DNA of 40,007 nucleotides from Craspedostauros australis (Eukaryota): NCBI GenBank assembly GCA_030167865.1, contig JALAGF010006637.1, positions 62,001 to 102,007 of the forward strand, read 5' to 3'. Shown piece by piece: positions 30,456 to 40,007 of this stretch (position 1 is its first letter; each line of letters starts with the position of its first letter). The notes under the pieces were generated by a model. It saw only the letters and a program-made list of their open reading frames with translations, ran no database searches and was not told where the DNA came from. The position numbers and the translations under genes were made by a program.

Positions 30456-31697
30456 CTATGCGGAGAAAACCCGAAACTGCTTGTCTTCCGCAAGGTTCGC
30501 GCAATCGTACACCGCCTCGATCCAATCCTCGGACGTCAGACCTGCGCGGCCGTTCGTTGGGAAGTAGTACTGGATCGCCATGTTGGCGTAGTTCGTCGTC
30601 CCTACATCCATCTCTGTGATGGTCGCGCCGATCGGCGGCAACGCGCCCTCCTTGACGAGCTCTGTATCGATGTACCGCTCCAGATCGGGGATGTTGAGAC
30701 ATAGGACGCTGGCCAGATTGGAATTGACGTAGTTGATGACCAGCGGGTATCCGGTCGATCCGATCGGAGTGTCGAAGTCGCCGCCGAACGGCTGAGTACG
30801 GAATGTATCGCGCAGACCGCAGTCCCATCCCAACACAGCGTCGGAGTACGACAGCTCGACGCGCCGGATCAAGGCCTCCTGATTGCCTTCCAACGTCGTC
30901 GTGAGGTCGTTGATCAGCGTGCGCAAGGACGTGATGCCCTCCGCGGTCTCGTCGAGATACGATATGGCATCGAGCAAATCGCTGTTGAAGGATTGCAGAT
31001 CGCCGATTTCGTTGTCCAGATCTGTGATGTTGCCGTTCAGCGCTTCCACGTTGGCAGCGAGGTCGCTGTTCGTCTGTTGCAAGTCGTCGCGGATATCTGT
31101 CAGATTTTGGATGGTGGAATTGAGTTCGCGCGCCTCGTCCTCCAGCTCGTCAATCTGGATGGTGAAATTGTCCACCTGCCCGTTGAGCAGCGCGATGGTC
31201 TCGTTCAGAAACAAGTTGGAGGCATTGAAACGATCGTTCTCGAATCTCAATTCGCCGTTGAGACGGTTCAGCTCCTGATTGGAAACATTGAGCTCCTGAT
31301 TGAGATCCTCGAATGTATCCAACGACGCATTGAGCAGCTGCGTTTGCCGCGTGAGCTCCAGCACGGACGAGTTGAGCCTGTCGTTAAGCGTCTCAAACGC
31401 ATCGTTGGCATCTGTCAGGCGTTCCACCTCCAACTCCAGCCGATCCACCTCCTTCTCGAGATCGTCGACCTGATCCTCGAGGCCAGGGATTTCGAACCAT
31501 TCGTTGAAGAAGTAACCGAACCCGCCCGTCATGAGGAGCGCGAAGGCGCCTGCCGCCATGCCCGTCGGCGTCATCAACGCCCCGAGCAAGGACGGCGCCG
31601 CTCGGCTCGTGTTGCCGCCGCCAGTTTGGCTCAGCGTGTGTTCGATCGTGATGTTGTTGCCATTGCCTGGCGAAGCATCGTCTGCGTTGGATGGCAT
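30456..31697 (-). CDS. Predicted type II single-pass membrane protein with a long glycosylated coiled-coil stalk and a Cys-containing C-terminal domain (~413 aa)
   Basis: Likely ATG at 31697 (MPSNADD). Hydrophobic MAAGAFALLMTGGFGYFF segment, then ~200 aa of acidic heptads with many N-x-S/T sequons (NSS, NAS, NVS, NET, NFT, NST, NLT, NIT), and a C-terminal region with WDC, LCL and YDC. Confidence 0.75.
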   Translation of the reverse strand: MPSNADDASPGNGNNITIEHTLSQTGGGNTSRAAPSLLGALMTPTGMAAGAFALLMTGGFGYFFNEWFEIPGLEDQVDDLEKEVDRLELEVERLTDANDAFETLNDRLNSSVLELTRQTQLLNASLDTFEDLNQELNVSNQELNRLNGELRFENDRFNASNLFLNETIALLNGQVDNFTIQIDELEDEARELNSTIQNLTDIRDDLQQTNSDLAANVEALNGNITDLDNEIGDLQSFNSDLLDAISYLDETAEGITSLRTLINDLTTTLEGNQEALIRRVELSYSDAVLGWDCGLRDTFRTQPFGGDFDTPIGSTGYPLVINYVNSNLASVLCLNIPDLERYIDTELVKEGALPPIGATITEMDVGTTNYANMAIQYYFPTNGRAGLTSEDWIEAVYDCANLAEDKQFRVFSA

Positions 31698-32624
31698 TCT
31701 GGAGAAACCTTTCGTTCGAGGATGGTATTGTGAGTATGGAGTGAGTAGTGTGCAGGCGGCAGCGACGACGGCAGCAGACAGCAGCTTCGAAGGAGGTCGA
31801 CGCTTTGTGGCATCGGCGGCAGGTCCAACTGTTGTATAGAGCCTCTGAAGGTGACACAAGAACAGAGATCAGTCGTCCGAATGACGCGTGATGCGGTTTG
31901 TGGATTCACAAGCGACGCAGTGGTGGAGTTGGTGATGTCCCCTTCCTTCGCGCAAGACTCCGCTCACTGGATTGTTGGTCTTGCCTGTTTCGCCATTTGG
32001 CATCCAACTCGGAACACAAACACCCCTTCCCAAAAGATACCATGTCCCATCAAAACGACAGAAACACGACTCGAACAAACCTTTTTTACGCGGTTTTGGC
32101 AGCACAAACGCCACAAAGATCGCTCTCCTCCCCAATTGTCACCAAAGGAAGCCAGCCATGATGTGGAGCACCCATGCGCAAACGGAGGACAGGGCAGCAC
32201 ACTTCGGCAGCAGGATGCAGAATGCATGACGGCATCTGAGTCTGCACGGATAACTCGCTTGACCATCGTTTCCCTGTCTAAGAACAGCAAGTAAATATGA
32301 TAAGTTTGTGGGCCGCCAAGTGTTCCGAAGAGAGCGATGCAAACTCTCGACGTGACAATGTGTGAGAGTGCAAGCCTCTTGGTGATAGTTCTATTGGAAT
32401 GTGTATGTTTCTGTGCCATAGTCGTACCTTGCCGTGAAATGTGATTGTTGTGTTTGCCCCATGCAGCAACTACGAGTGCGAGTGTGCATTGGTATTCCAT
32501 GTACCCTGTGCTACTCCACTTCTCATTCTGTATTCTCGCTATTCGGTGCCTTGTTCGTTTCCTCCTCCCACACGATCTTCATCTTCTTTCCGTAATATCT
32601 TCGCTTGTACCCTCTCTGAGCGCA

Positions 32625-33398
32625 TCAACGGGGACTGTGCTGATGGACCACTTCGTTCTGTTGTCGCCATTCACACGAACGAGCTCCAAACCCACCAAAG
32701 GATCGAGACCAGTCTCTGAGACCAGTCTCTGACTCACTTGTCATCAGCATCTCAATCGTCTCCGCTGCAGTGTTCTTGGTCTTCGAGAATTGCATGCCGG
32801 TGCCAACCAGATGGGCTTTACCCACAACCGCCACAATGAAGATGGTTTTCTGGTCTCCGTTGGGGTTCTCTTGGACAAGGTGTTGATGGCAGAGCCGCTT
32901 GAGTTTGCAGGCCATGAACTCGTTGCATTCATGCAGGACGACGAGCTTATCTGAAGAATGGAACCCGTCCTATGACGGGTGTCGATGGGTCGATCTCTTC
33001 CTCTATCTTGGCCTCCGCCTTGTCTTGATCTGTGGCTGGCAACATCATCGAGGAACGTCGATGGCAAAGTTCCACGAAGACCACGTCCGGCTGAACACTT
33101 GTCAGCATGTCCTTGACATCGATCGCTAAGGCGGGCCACAGGTGGTTCGCACCGACCAGAAAGATCTCCGCCTCGTTGTTGTGCGGACCGGGAACGACGA
33201 TGGGTTCAAGGAAATTGCCTCGTTCCTTCATACGATCGTGCAGCTGATCCTTCTATGGCTTGGTTGGAGATGGTGGCGGTGCCGATGGTGGAGATTAGAG
33301 GCCTTGTTGCGACCTGCTAACAACCTTGTCGCGTATAATACAATGTAAGCAGCGGCTGAATGGATCAGGAGCGAGGTGACGGAGGCGTGGCGCAACAT
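32625..33398 (-). pseudogene. TraB/TRABD-family pseudogene (premature stop, frameshifts, internal deletion)
   Basis: P*KDQL (TAG at 33253-33255; PWKQKL in the intact paralogue), then IFLVGANH and VQPDVVFVELC..R, stop at 32947. A different frame then gives VLHECNEFMACKL and IVAVVGKAHL. The central GGEF/GDRP region is absent. Both ends are approximate. Confidence 0.75.
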
Positions 33399-33785
33399 GG
33401 AGATGGTAATAGCGACGGTGTGTGGATGATGAGTGAACGATGACGATCGTTGTGGTGAGCTTGCTACTCCTTCCAAAAAGTATGATAGGGATGAGTGTGT
33501 GGATGAAAGAATACTTGGGATGGTTGGATGATGAGTGGACGATTCCAGAAGCTAGTTTTGTTCAATCATTCACGCAATTGGAGCCGTTTGCAATCCTTCC
33601 CGTCTCCACATGCCTGGTGAGATATGCGTAGGACCAGTCCTGGCTCGTACGGACACCCGGGATTTGGATGTCCACGGTGATTGCGTACCCACGTTTCGTT
33701 CCATCAACAAGTCACGCCAACAACCAAGAATCCAGATGTACCTCTCAAGGATCTCTTCAACGACAGTCGGCTGGCGGTGATGGCA

Positions 33786-33813
<28 letters not shown>
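33786..33813. repeat. (CT)n microsatellite
   Basis: Visible ctctct run. Confidence 0.85.
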
Positions 33814-33816
<3 letters not shown>

Positions 33817-33886
33817 GGAAATGCATGATAATGTGCTGTGGACTCCGGCCCAAGTTACAATAGTATTCCCCCCTCTAGAGAGTTGC

Positions 33887-35101
33887 TTAATCACAACCCG
33901 CTCTTCCATTCAATTCCAACGTCTCCTGATGGTACGCCGCAAGGGCATCAACGCTGACTTGCGGAACCAATTCATCCAGCTGGAAGGCATCGAATTCCGT
34001 CATGGGCGTCTTGGTGGAGAGCAGCTCCTGCAGTTTGGCTCTAGTTTCCTGGAGGTCGTCCTTGTTGTTGAGCAAAATCTCGTGCATCTCATCCACGTGA
34101 ACGTCATCGACGATCGCAACGAACGTGATCGTCCGATTCCCAATCCCATGCTGCAAGTACTTTCGAGAATGCTGGTAGAGCTTGTGGGCCATGAAGCGGC
34201 TCCTCTCCTTGACCATGACATTCTGAACGGTTGGCACGTTCTGTGATCGAATGTAGAACATGCGGCACAGGACGGTGAACATGGTCTCGTAGGTGGGATT
34301 CTGCCACGCATCCATGACGTCGTTGGCGTACGAATCGTGGAAGGTCGACTCCATCATGATGCTCTTGCGGTCCTGCTCGCTCAATGCCTCGAAGGCGCGT
34401 AGGATGGTGATGTTGAGAGGCCGATCGCCCGTGATGAGGTCGATGGATCGCTCCTCGCGTACTTCGTTCCAGTACCGGAAGACCTGATTCAGTTCCACCG
34501 TGCCGGTGTCGGCAAGCAACGAGTTCGGCACGAACTTGGGAAAGTACCTGGCCGAGACGCGCGCCATGCACAAGGTCTCATCCTCGCCCTCGCGACAGTC
34601 CGTGCAGGGAGGAACAGTCTTGCCGTCGGGCGTGCGCTTCATGTCCTGGTACTCCGATGGCACTGTCAGCATGTGGTGCGTGCGTTGGTTGCACAGGTCG
34701 ACGAAGATCTTGCGCGGATCCAGCGCGCCGAGCAGGGTCGGTATGCGGTCGAGGTCGTGTGTGGCGTTGAGCGCCCCCTTGTTCGTGCCGATGATGTAGA
34801 TGCGGATCTCGTCCTCGTCCTCGCCTTGGAGCGTGGCCAAGCGAGCCATTGCGTCTTTGCCCGTCGTCATGACCATGAGCGTTTCATCCCACGACAGGTC
34901 GGCGACGGTGACCTTCTGGGGACGAGACGCAAACGAGGCGATGGCGGCGACGATGGCGACCAACACTACGGCCGCGAAGCAGGAGAGGACCTGCTCCACG
35001 CTCAACCGATCGGACGTGCCCTTCGACGAGGCTTTCGAAGATGACCCATCATCGTTCGCGTCCTTGCTCTTCTTCTGTTTCTGTTTCTGCTTGTGACCCA
35101 T
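33887..35101 (-). CDS. Divergent TraB/TRABD-family protein with an N-terminal TM anchor (~404 aa)
   Basis: IYIIGTNK, IFVDLCNQR, LITGDRPLNITILRAF, VKERSRFMAHKL and FVAIVDDVH align with TraB motifs. TM segment CFAAVVLVAIVAAIASFA follows a Lys-rich N-terminus. ATG at 35101. Confidence 0.8.
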   Translation of the reverse strand: MGHKQKQKQKKSKDANDDGSSSKASSKGTSDRLSVEQVLSCFAAVVLVAIVAAIASFASRPQKVTVADLSWDETLMVMTTGKDAMARLATLQGEDEDEIRIYIIGTNKGALNATHDLDRIPTLLGALDPRKIFVDLCNQRTHHMLTVPSEYQDMKRTPDGKTVPPCTDCREGEDETLCMARVSARYFPKFVPNSLLADTGTVELNQVFRYWNEVREERSIDLITGDRPLNITILRAFEALSEQDRKSIMMESTFHDSYANDVMDAWQNPTYETMFTVLCRMFYIRSQNVPTVQNVMVKERSRFMAHKLYQHSRKYLQHGIGNRTITFVAIVDDVHVDEMHEILLNNKDDLQETRAKLQELLSTKTPMTEFDAFQLDELVPQVSVDALAAYHQETLELNGRAGCD

Positions 35102-35562
35102 GGTTGACTTTAGAGCCTCCGTCAAGTGAGGTGTGCGAATTCAGGTGGTTCCGTTTGTTTTTTATGCTCTGGTTGGTCAATGAATGAATGAAGGCAAGAT
35201 GTCAACGAGCATAGACCGCTCTTCGCCGCCATCACAGACGTGAGCGCAACCCTGTTGCTGGACAGAAACGTCTTGGTTTCCACGCAGTCCACGTAAAACG
35301 CCAATGCGACCAGACAAGAAGGAATCCAGTAAGAAATTCGAAGATTCTCGCAATGGTCGAACGAGTCGATGAACGACAAGCTCGCGATAGGGTAGTTAGA
35401 CTAGACCCATATAGCACTGCCTGTGTCAATAGCCAGGGTAAGAATAGATTGGAGTCACGCGGAGTTACTATTACTTGATAAGCACTGAACATATACGTGA
35501 ACAGACACATTATATTAGCTGGCATAGATCATTTACATCCATCCTTCCCCAAGAAATCGCTG

Positions 35563-36759
35563 TCAAAGCAACTCTTCGATGCCTTCACCGGCCGGACGTT
35601 CGCTGACTTCCCCCGCAGCCATCTCCTCCATCATCTCCATGACGAGATCGTGATCCACCGAGATGATCTGATCTGCCGCGTAATGTTCGAATTCCGCCTC
35701 TGTTTGTTTCTTGGTGGACACCACCTGCTCCAAATTTTCCTGCATGCTGCGTCCATTCCCCATGGTCAACCATTGCATCATGCCTCCGACATGACCCGCT
35801 CCCACGATTCCCACGATCTTGACGACCTTCGGCGCATCCGGCGTCATGCCCATATGCGTCAGTAAGGACGTGCATATTCGATGCAGTTTGCACGCCATGT
35901 AAGCGTCGCGTTCCTTGAGGATGACGTGTGCCAATGTCGGAAAGTGGCGCTCCAGCTCCTCCATCGACTTGGTGAGAACGTCGTCGGACTCACCGCTCTC
36001 CAAGATGGACAGAATCCATTCGCGCAGCTCCTGTTCGTTGGGCTTGATAAATTGCGCAAAAAACAATCCCGCCATCAACCGGATCTTGCCCCATGCATTG
36101 AGGGACTCCCAGGCCCGCACCATCGTGAGCCGGACGGGGCGGTCGCCCAAGATCAGCTGGCACGGAATGGGAGTGCGCGTGGCGTTCCAGTAATCAAACG
36201 CGACCCGGAACTCTCCACCCAGCTCCACGCCCATCGTCTCGGCGAAGTTCTGTTGCAAGGACGATAGCATGGTGTTGGTGGCCGACATCATGCCTGGCTG
36301 TCCCCCGGATCGCTGCCACCACTTCTTGTTGGATGGCGGCGGCTGCGCAGTCGGCAGCAGGAGCGGCAGACGCGCTGCGCACAGTTCCACAAAGACGTAG
36401 GAGGGCTGCACGTTCTCGAGCAGCAACCGCACATCGAGCGAGGAGTCGTTGGAGACGTGTGCCGTGCCCATGAGATACAGTTCCACGACGTGGTCTTCGC
36501 TTTGGAAGCTGAGTCGTTGCAACGTCCACGTGCGGTTGTTGAGGGGATACGGCAGCTTCTGTTTCCAGGGCGGGATGGTGCTGGTCGTTGTGGCGTTGGT
36601 GGCTGCTGCAGTTGTGTTGGGCAGCGCAAAGGGCGGCACGAGGGTCGGATGCTTGGCGTGCTTGGCGGCCGTTCCGAACCATGCGGCTTGGGCTTGGTGG
36701 AAGCGCGCAGCAGCGAGGATGCTCCAAGCCAGCAGAGGAAGCCAGGATCGTGATACCAT
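35563..36759 (-). CDS. TRABD: TraB domain-containing protein (TRABD/pheromone-shutdown family) with a signal peptide (~398 aa)
   Basis: All canonical motifs present: LYLMGTAHVS, VFVELC..R, GGEFRVA, LILGDRP...T..RAW, ILKERDAYMA, VGIVGAGHV.GM. Likely start MVSRSWLPLLAWSILAAA at 36759; the upstream part of the tracked ORF crosses a (TAC)n repeat. Confidence 0.88.
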   Translation of the reverse strand: MVSRSWLPLLAWSILAAARFHQAQAAWFGTAAKHAKHPTLVPPFALPNTTAAATNATTTSTIPPWKQKLPYPLNNRTWTLQRLSFQSEDHVVELYLMGTAHVSNDSSLDVRLLLENVQPSYVFVELCAARLPLLLPTAQPPPSNKKWWQRSGGQPGMMSATNTMLSSLQQNFAETMGVELGGEFRVAFDYWNATRTPIPCQLILGDRPVRLTMVRAWESLNAWGKIRLMAGLFFAQFIKPNEQELREWILSILESGESDDVLTKSMEELERHFPTLAHVILKERDAYMACKLHRICTSLLTHMGMTPDAPKVVKIVGIVGAGHVGGMMQWLTMGNGRSMQENLEQVVSTKKQTEAEFEHYAADQIISVDHDLVMEMMEEMAAGEVSERPAGEGIEELL

Positions 36760-36825
36760 CGTGGGCAGGCTGTTGCTTTCTTGTGATATGAGGATGATGC
36801 TTCTTGTGAGATGTTGTAGAATATA

Positions 36826-36852
36826 TACTACTACTACTACTACTACTACTAC
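36826..36852. repeat. (TAC)9 microsatellite upstream of TRABD
   Basis: Visible tactactac run. Confidence 0.9.
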
Positions 36853-37366
36853 TGTACTTGCGCGCTTGTTGAGTGCGATGTGGAGCTTTTGTGTGGCAAG
36901 ATGATTTGATTTGTCAGAGATGCCAACAAGAAATGATGGATGGAGATGATCGTGGAAATGCTTCCACGTGGAAATCAACACAATCCATGGTAGTAGTCGT
37001 GGTAGTACAGTTTGGATCAACACTGCCAAGACCACAGAGTGCCACGATCGCAGCCCATGTCGTGGATGCAACCACTCACATTAAAGAGTGGTTGGTACCT
37101 ATGAATATCTATTATACGATAAGAGTACGGTACCGTATGCATCGCCGTGCACTGCAGCAAGCGAATGCAGATGTTGTGATCGTGACAAGGGTCGCAGAGG
37201 GTGGAGTAGTCGAACATATGAAATAATATGTATTTGCACTTGTACGTGTTGCCCAATACTCGTACTCCTTCGGCATTTCTTCAGCACTTCTTCAGCATCG
37301 AGCATGTGCGTATTGTATGATAGAGTAGACTACAGTTGGGAAAGGAGCTGCCTGCCACCATCCCTT

Positions 37367-38395
37367 CTATCTCCACAACCACCGCAACCAGCACGCATGC
37401 AGAACAATGGCCAACGTCCACGACGACATGCCGCCAAACCCTGCAGCGCGCGACGTGATGAGCTCGCCTTCCGCATCAAAGCACTCCGCGCAAAAGGGCC
37501 CCAACAACGATCCCGTCGTCTCGTTCTGAATGGAATTGGGATTGCCCTGCATCTCGCAGTCGGAACCGAAGAATATGCGCCCCGTGTTGGTGACGTTGCT
37601 GAGCTGCTCCGACCACACGCAGTAATCCTGATTGAGGTTGGTGCGGCGGAACATCTTGGACAGCGTCTCGGCCTGCCCCACCTGCCAGTTGGTGAGGTCC
37701 TGATCGAAGTTGGAGGCCTCGTTGAACATGCCCTCGAACGTGACGACGTTGTCGACGTCCCATTGCGACAGGTCCTGATCGAACGCGGCCGATCCTTCGA
37801 ACATGGAGGAGACGTCGATGGCGCGGAAGATCTTCCAATCCGCCAGCGTGGCGTTGAAGCGCAGGGCCTTGCGGAACATGCCGCGGAAGTTGAGGCCGTT
37901 CGTGGGCTGCCATTGCGACAGGCCGCCGTCGTTGAAGCGCGTCGCGTTGTCGAACATGAAGGAGAAGTCGGAGCAGCGCGCGATGTTCCATCGGGCCAGG
38001 GTGGAGCCGTCCTCCTGCGTGGGCTGGTACCGGATGGCGTTGGCGAACATGCCGCCCATGGCGCGGGCGTTGCGCACGTTCCACTGCGAGAGGTTGCCCT
38101 GGAAGCTGGTGGCGCCCTCGAACATGCTCGTGAAGACGATGCCGTGCTGCACGTCCCACGTGGAGATGTCCTGCAGGGTCCCGAGGCCCGTGAAGTCGCG
38201 CACGTAGCGGAAGACGTTGGAGAAGTCCACCATGCTGTCCTCGAACTCCCACACGCCCATGGGGTAGCCGTAGATCTTGGCGACGGAGGAGTCCGCGTCG
38301 TTGATGTTGCGCAGGTACGAGAAGATCATGTTGCGCAGCTCCGCGTTGTTCTCGAACTTCTTGCCGGCCGGCCGGATCACGATTGCTGATGACAT
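37367..38395 (-). CDS. DUF285 / BspA-like surface repeat protein with a GPI-like C-terminus (5' end uncertain)
   Basis: Repeats of W.V......MF..A..FN.DLS.W (ISTWDVQ..FTSMFEGATSFQGNLSQWNV; MFEGSAAFDQDLSQWDV; MFNEASNFDQDLTNW). N-terminal FENNAELR...YGYPMGVW cap and a hydrophobic C-terminal tail. Confidence 0.85.
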   Translation of the reverse strand: MSSAIVIRPAGKKFENNAELRNMIFSYLRNINDADSSVAKIYGYPMGVWEFEDSMVDFSNVFRYVRDFTGLGTLQDISTWDVQHGIVFTSMFEGATSFQGNLSQWNVRNARAMGGMFANAIRYQPTQEDGSTLARWNIARCSDFSFMFDNATRFNDGGLSQWQPTNGLNFRGMFRKALRFNATLADWKIFRAIDVSSMFEGSAAFDQDLSQWDVDNVVTFEGMFNEASNFDQDLTNWQVGQAETLSKMFRRTNLNQDYCVWSEQLSNVTNTGRIFFGSDCEMQGNPNSIQNETTGSLLGPFCAECFDAEGELITSRAAGFGGMSSWTLAIVLHACWLRWLWR

Positions 38396-38956
38396 CGTGC
38401 CTGCTGCAGTATAATACACTATTCTATATATTAATGGTTGGAATGGACCCCAGTTGCTTATTGTAGAATAGTTGGTACTGCTTCGCAGATGGGTTCTGAC
38501 GTCCTCGGTGTTCCAGAGAGCGCAGGCTGTGGATACCAACCATGCGAACGATTGCACCAAGGAGGGGAAGGGAAAACGGCGTTTTTTTGTAAAAGCGACT
38601 CAGAAAGAATAGAAAGTGGGTCCATTGTTGCTATTTTCCAAATTTTCCTGCTGTTCGTTGGAATCAGTCATTTCACAGGTTTCGCTGTTGCTTTCCTCGT
38701 GTATTTGTGACTTGCTTTGGGTTTGGGACAACAAGTCCATTGGTCATCGCGACTTCGTCCGCAACTCGAAGGCACACATTGCCACGACCCTCCCTGTACC
38801 GACTAATGGCACACCAACCTACCATGGTGACATTGCAACCTGCTTCTCTCCTCCTCCCCATGCATGCTATGCACAGTTCTTGTTATGTTGTTGTTGTTGT
38901 ACCATATAGACTATAGTCTATAACTGTGAGCTGGAGGCGCTGTTGTACCGCCTCGT

Positions 38957-39173
38957 TTATTCCACAGGAGACCTGCATTGGGCACAGATACTGTAAGCAG
39001 GTCTTGTCTTGCCGTGTGATTGCATGCAATTGTGTATGCCAGCATATGCATAGTGCACGCACAGGCGGAACACGTGGTGGCACTGGCCGCTCCCACAGTG
39101 GATCAGGTGAAGCGTGCTGGACGTGTGGTTGAGTGTCAGGATGTTGGATGCAGATGGTGCACAGCGCATCCAT
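38957..39173 (-). pseudogene. Frameshifted RING-finger-like relic in a CpG-depleted region
   Basis: ALCTIC in one frame; GQCHHVF.LC and C-terminal CAQCRSPVE* in another; an overlapping YLCP in the first frame. Confidence 0.45.
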
Positions 39174-40007
39174 GCCAGCTACTCTGGAGGAACCATGGTC
39201 TCAACATTCGGCATGCCATGTGTCATGGCTAGAAGCCGTATTGCTCTGCTTGGATCGGTTTCCAGTAGGTTCTGGGCAAGCTGATGGAGGTGGGGAGGTA
39301 TGGGCATTTGCGGTAGCTCTAATATGGCTTCACAACGATTCCTTGCACTTGGACAACATGCCATGCTTGGCTTCTTCCCAGAGCTTGTGATTTCGGCCGG
39401 ACCCTTGTTGTAGTGCCATGTGTTGGAGCTCGTAAGTTGCTTTGGTTTGCCAGTTCATGTCCTTGTGGTGGTGCAATCTTCACGGAGATATGGGACTGTG
39501 CTTTCTGTACTCTATTGACCGTGCACCCCATATCATCCCGTCCAGGCCGTCTCCGTGCTGGGCGTCCATGATGGTGGTGGTTGTCATGTGCCTGATTCCT
39601 TTTGGCGGAGTGCTGCTTTTACGTTTCAGGATGTGGAGAGCTTGGACGAGCAGGCCAGCTCTCCAAGCATGAACCTTGGGGAGCACGATGATGTCCCAGA
39701 CTAGTTCAATGCAGGAGTCCCAAAATTATCTGCCTGCATGCACTGTTGTTGTTCTTATGCTACACAAGCAACTCCTTGTTGCTCTGTCATGTGTTCACAA
39801 ACAACACAATCATGATTGTGTTCAAAGTGTTTTATGCTCCTATTGCTCCTCTTGCTTCTCTTTGTTTTCTTTGTTCTTTCCTCTACCTTCAGAGACCTGG
39901 ATTGCTCCTCCAGTCCAATTTGGTTCAGCCTGGGTTACTTCCTTGGTTGGCACAGCCAACTGAAGTTTTTTCAGCAGTCTTTGCGACGAATAGATTGAAA
40001 AGTGGTT

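Noticed and set aside
36760..37071. N-terminal extension of the 502-aa TraB ORF, including poly-Val
   Set aside because: The poly-Val is the (TAC)n microsatellite; a signal-peptide-bearing ATG at 36759 is a better start.
37088..38389. 433-aa plus-strand ORF
   Set aside because: Antisense shadow of the DUF285 gene.

Overview
Eukaryotic, gene-dense, GC-rich window. A spliceosomal GT-AG intron, EMC5 and a p97 UBX cofactor show it is eukaryotic; gene style and families suggest a diatom or other stramenopile (inference only). The main feature is three intronless ~1500-aa paralogues (5954-10414 +, 15284-20038 -, 23535-28250 +) sharing one unusual architecture: N-terminal 4-Cys (putative Zn) module - disordered linker - RI/NLRC3-type LRRs - CHAT (caspase-like) domain - STAND/NB-ARC-like NTPase - two UVR-like helical hairpins - C-terminal Macro domain. 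This resembles an 'inverted', NLR-like signalling or immune receptor family. The CHAT catalytic Cys is lost in all three, the Macro active-site loops are degenerate, and the P-loop is canonical in only one copy. Two copies sit head-to-head. Other content: the 3' end of an M16A (insulysin-like) peptidase, two low-complexity coiled-coil proteins, EMC5/MMgT, a SEP-UBX p97 cofactor with one intron, a type II membrane coiled-coil protein, a tandem TraB/TRABD trio (intact, divergent, pseudogene), a DUF285 surface protein and a CpG-depleted end region carrying a broken RING-finger relic. All domain calls are by-eye motif recognition; no searches were run.
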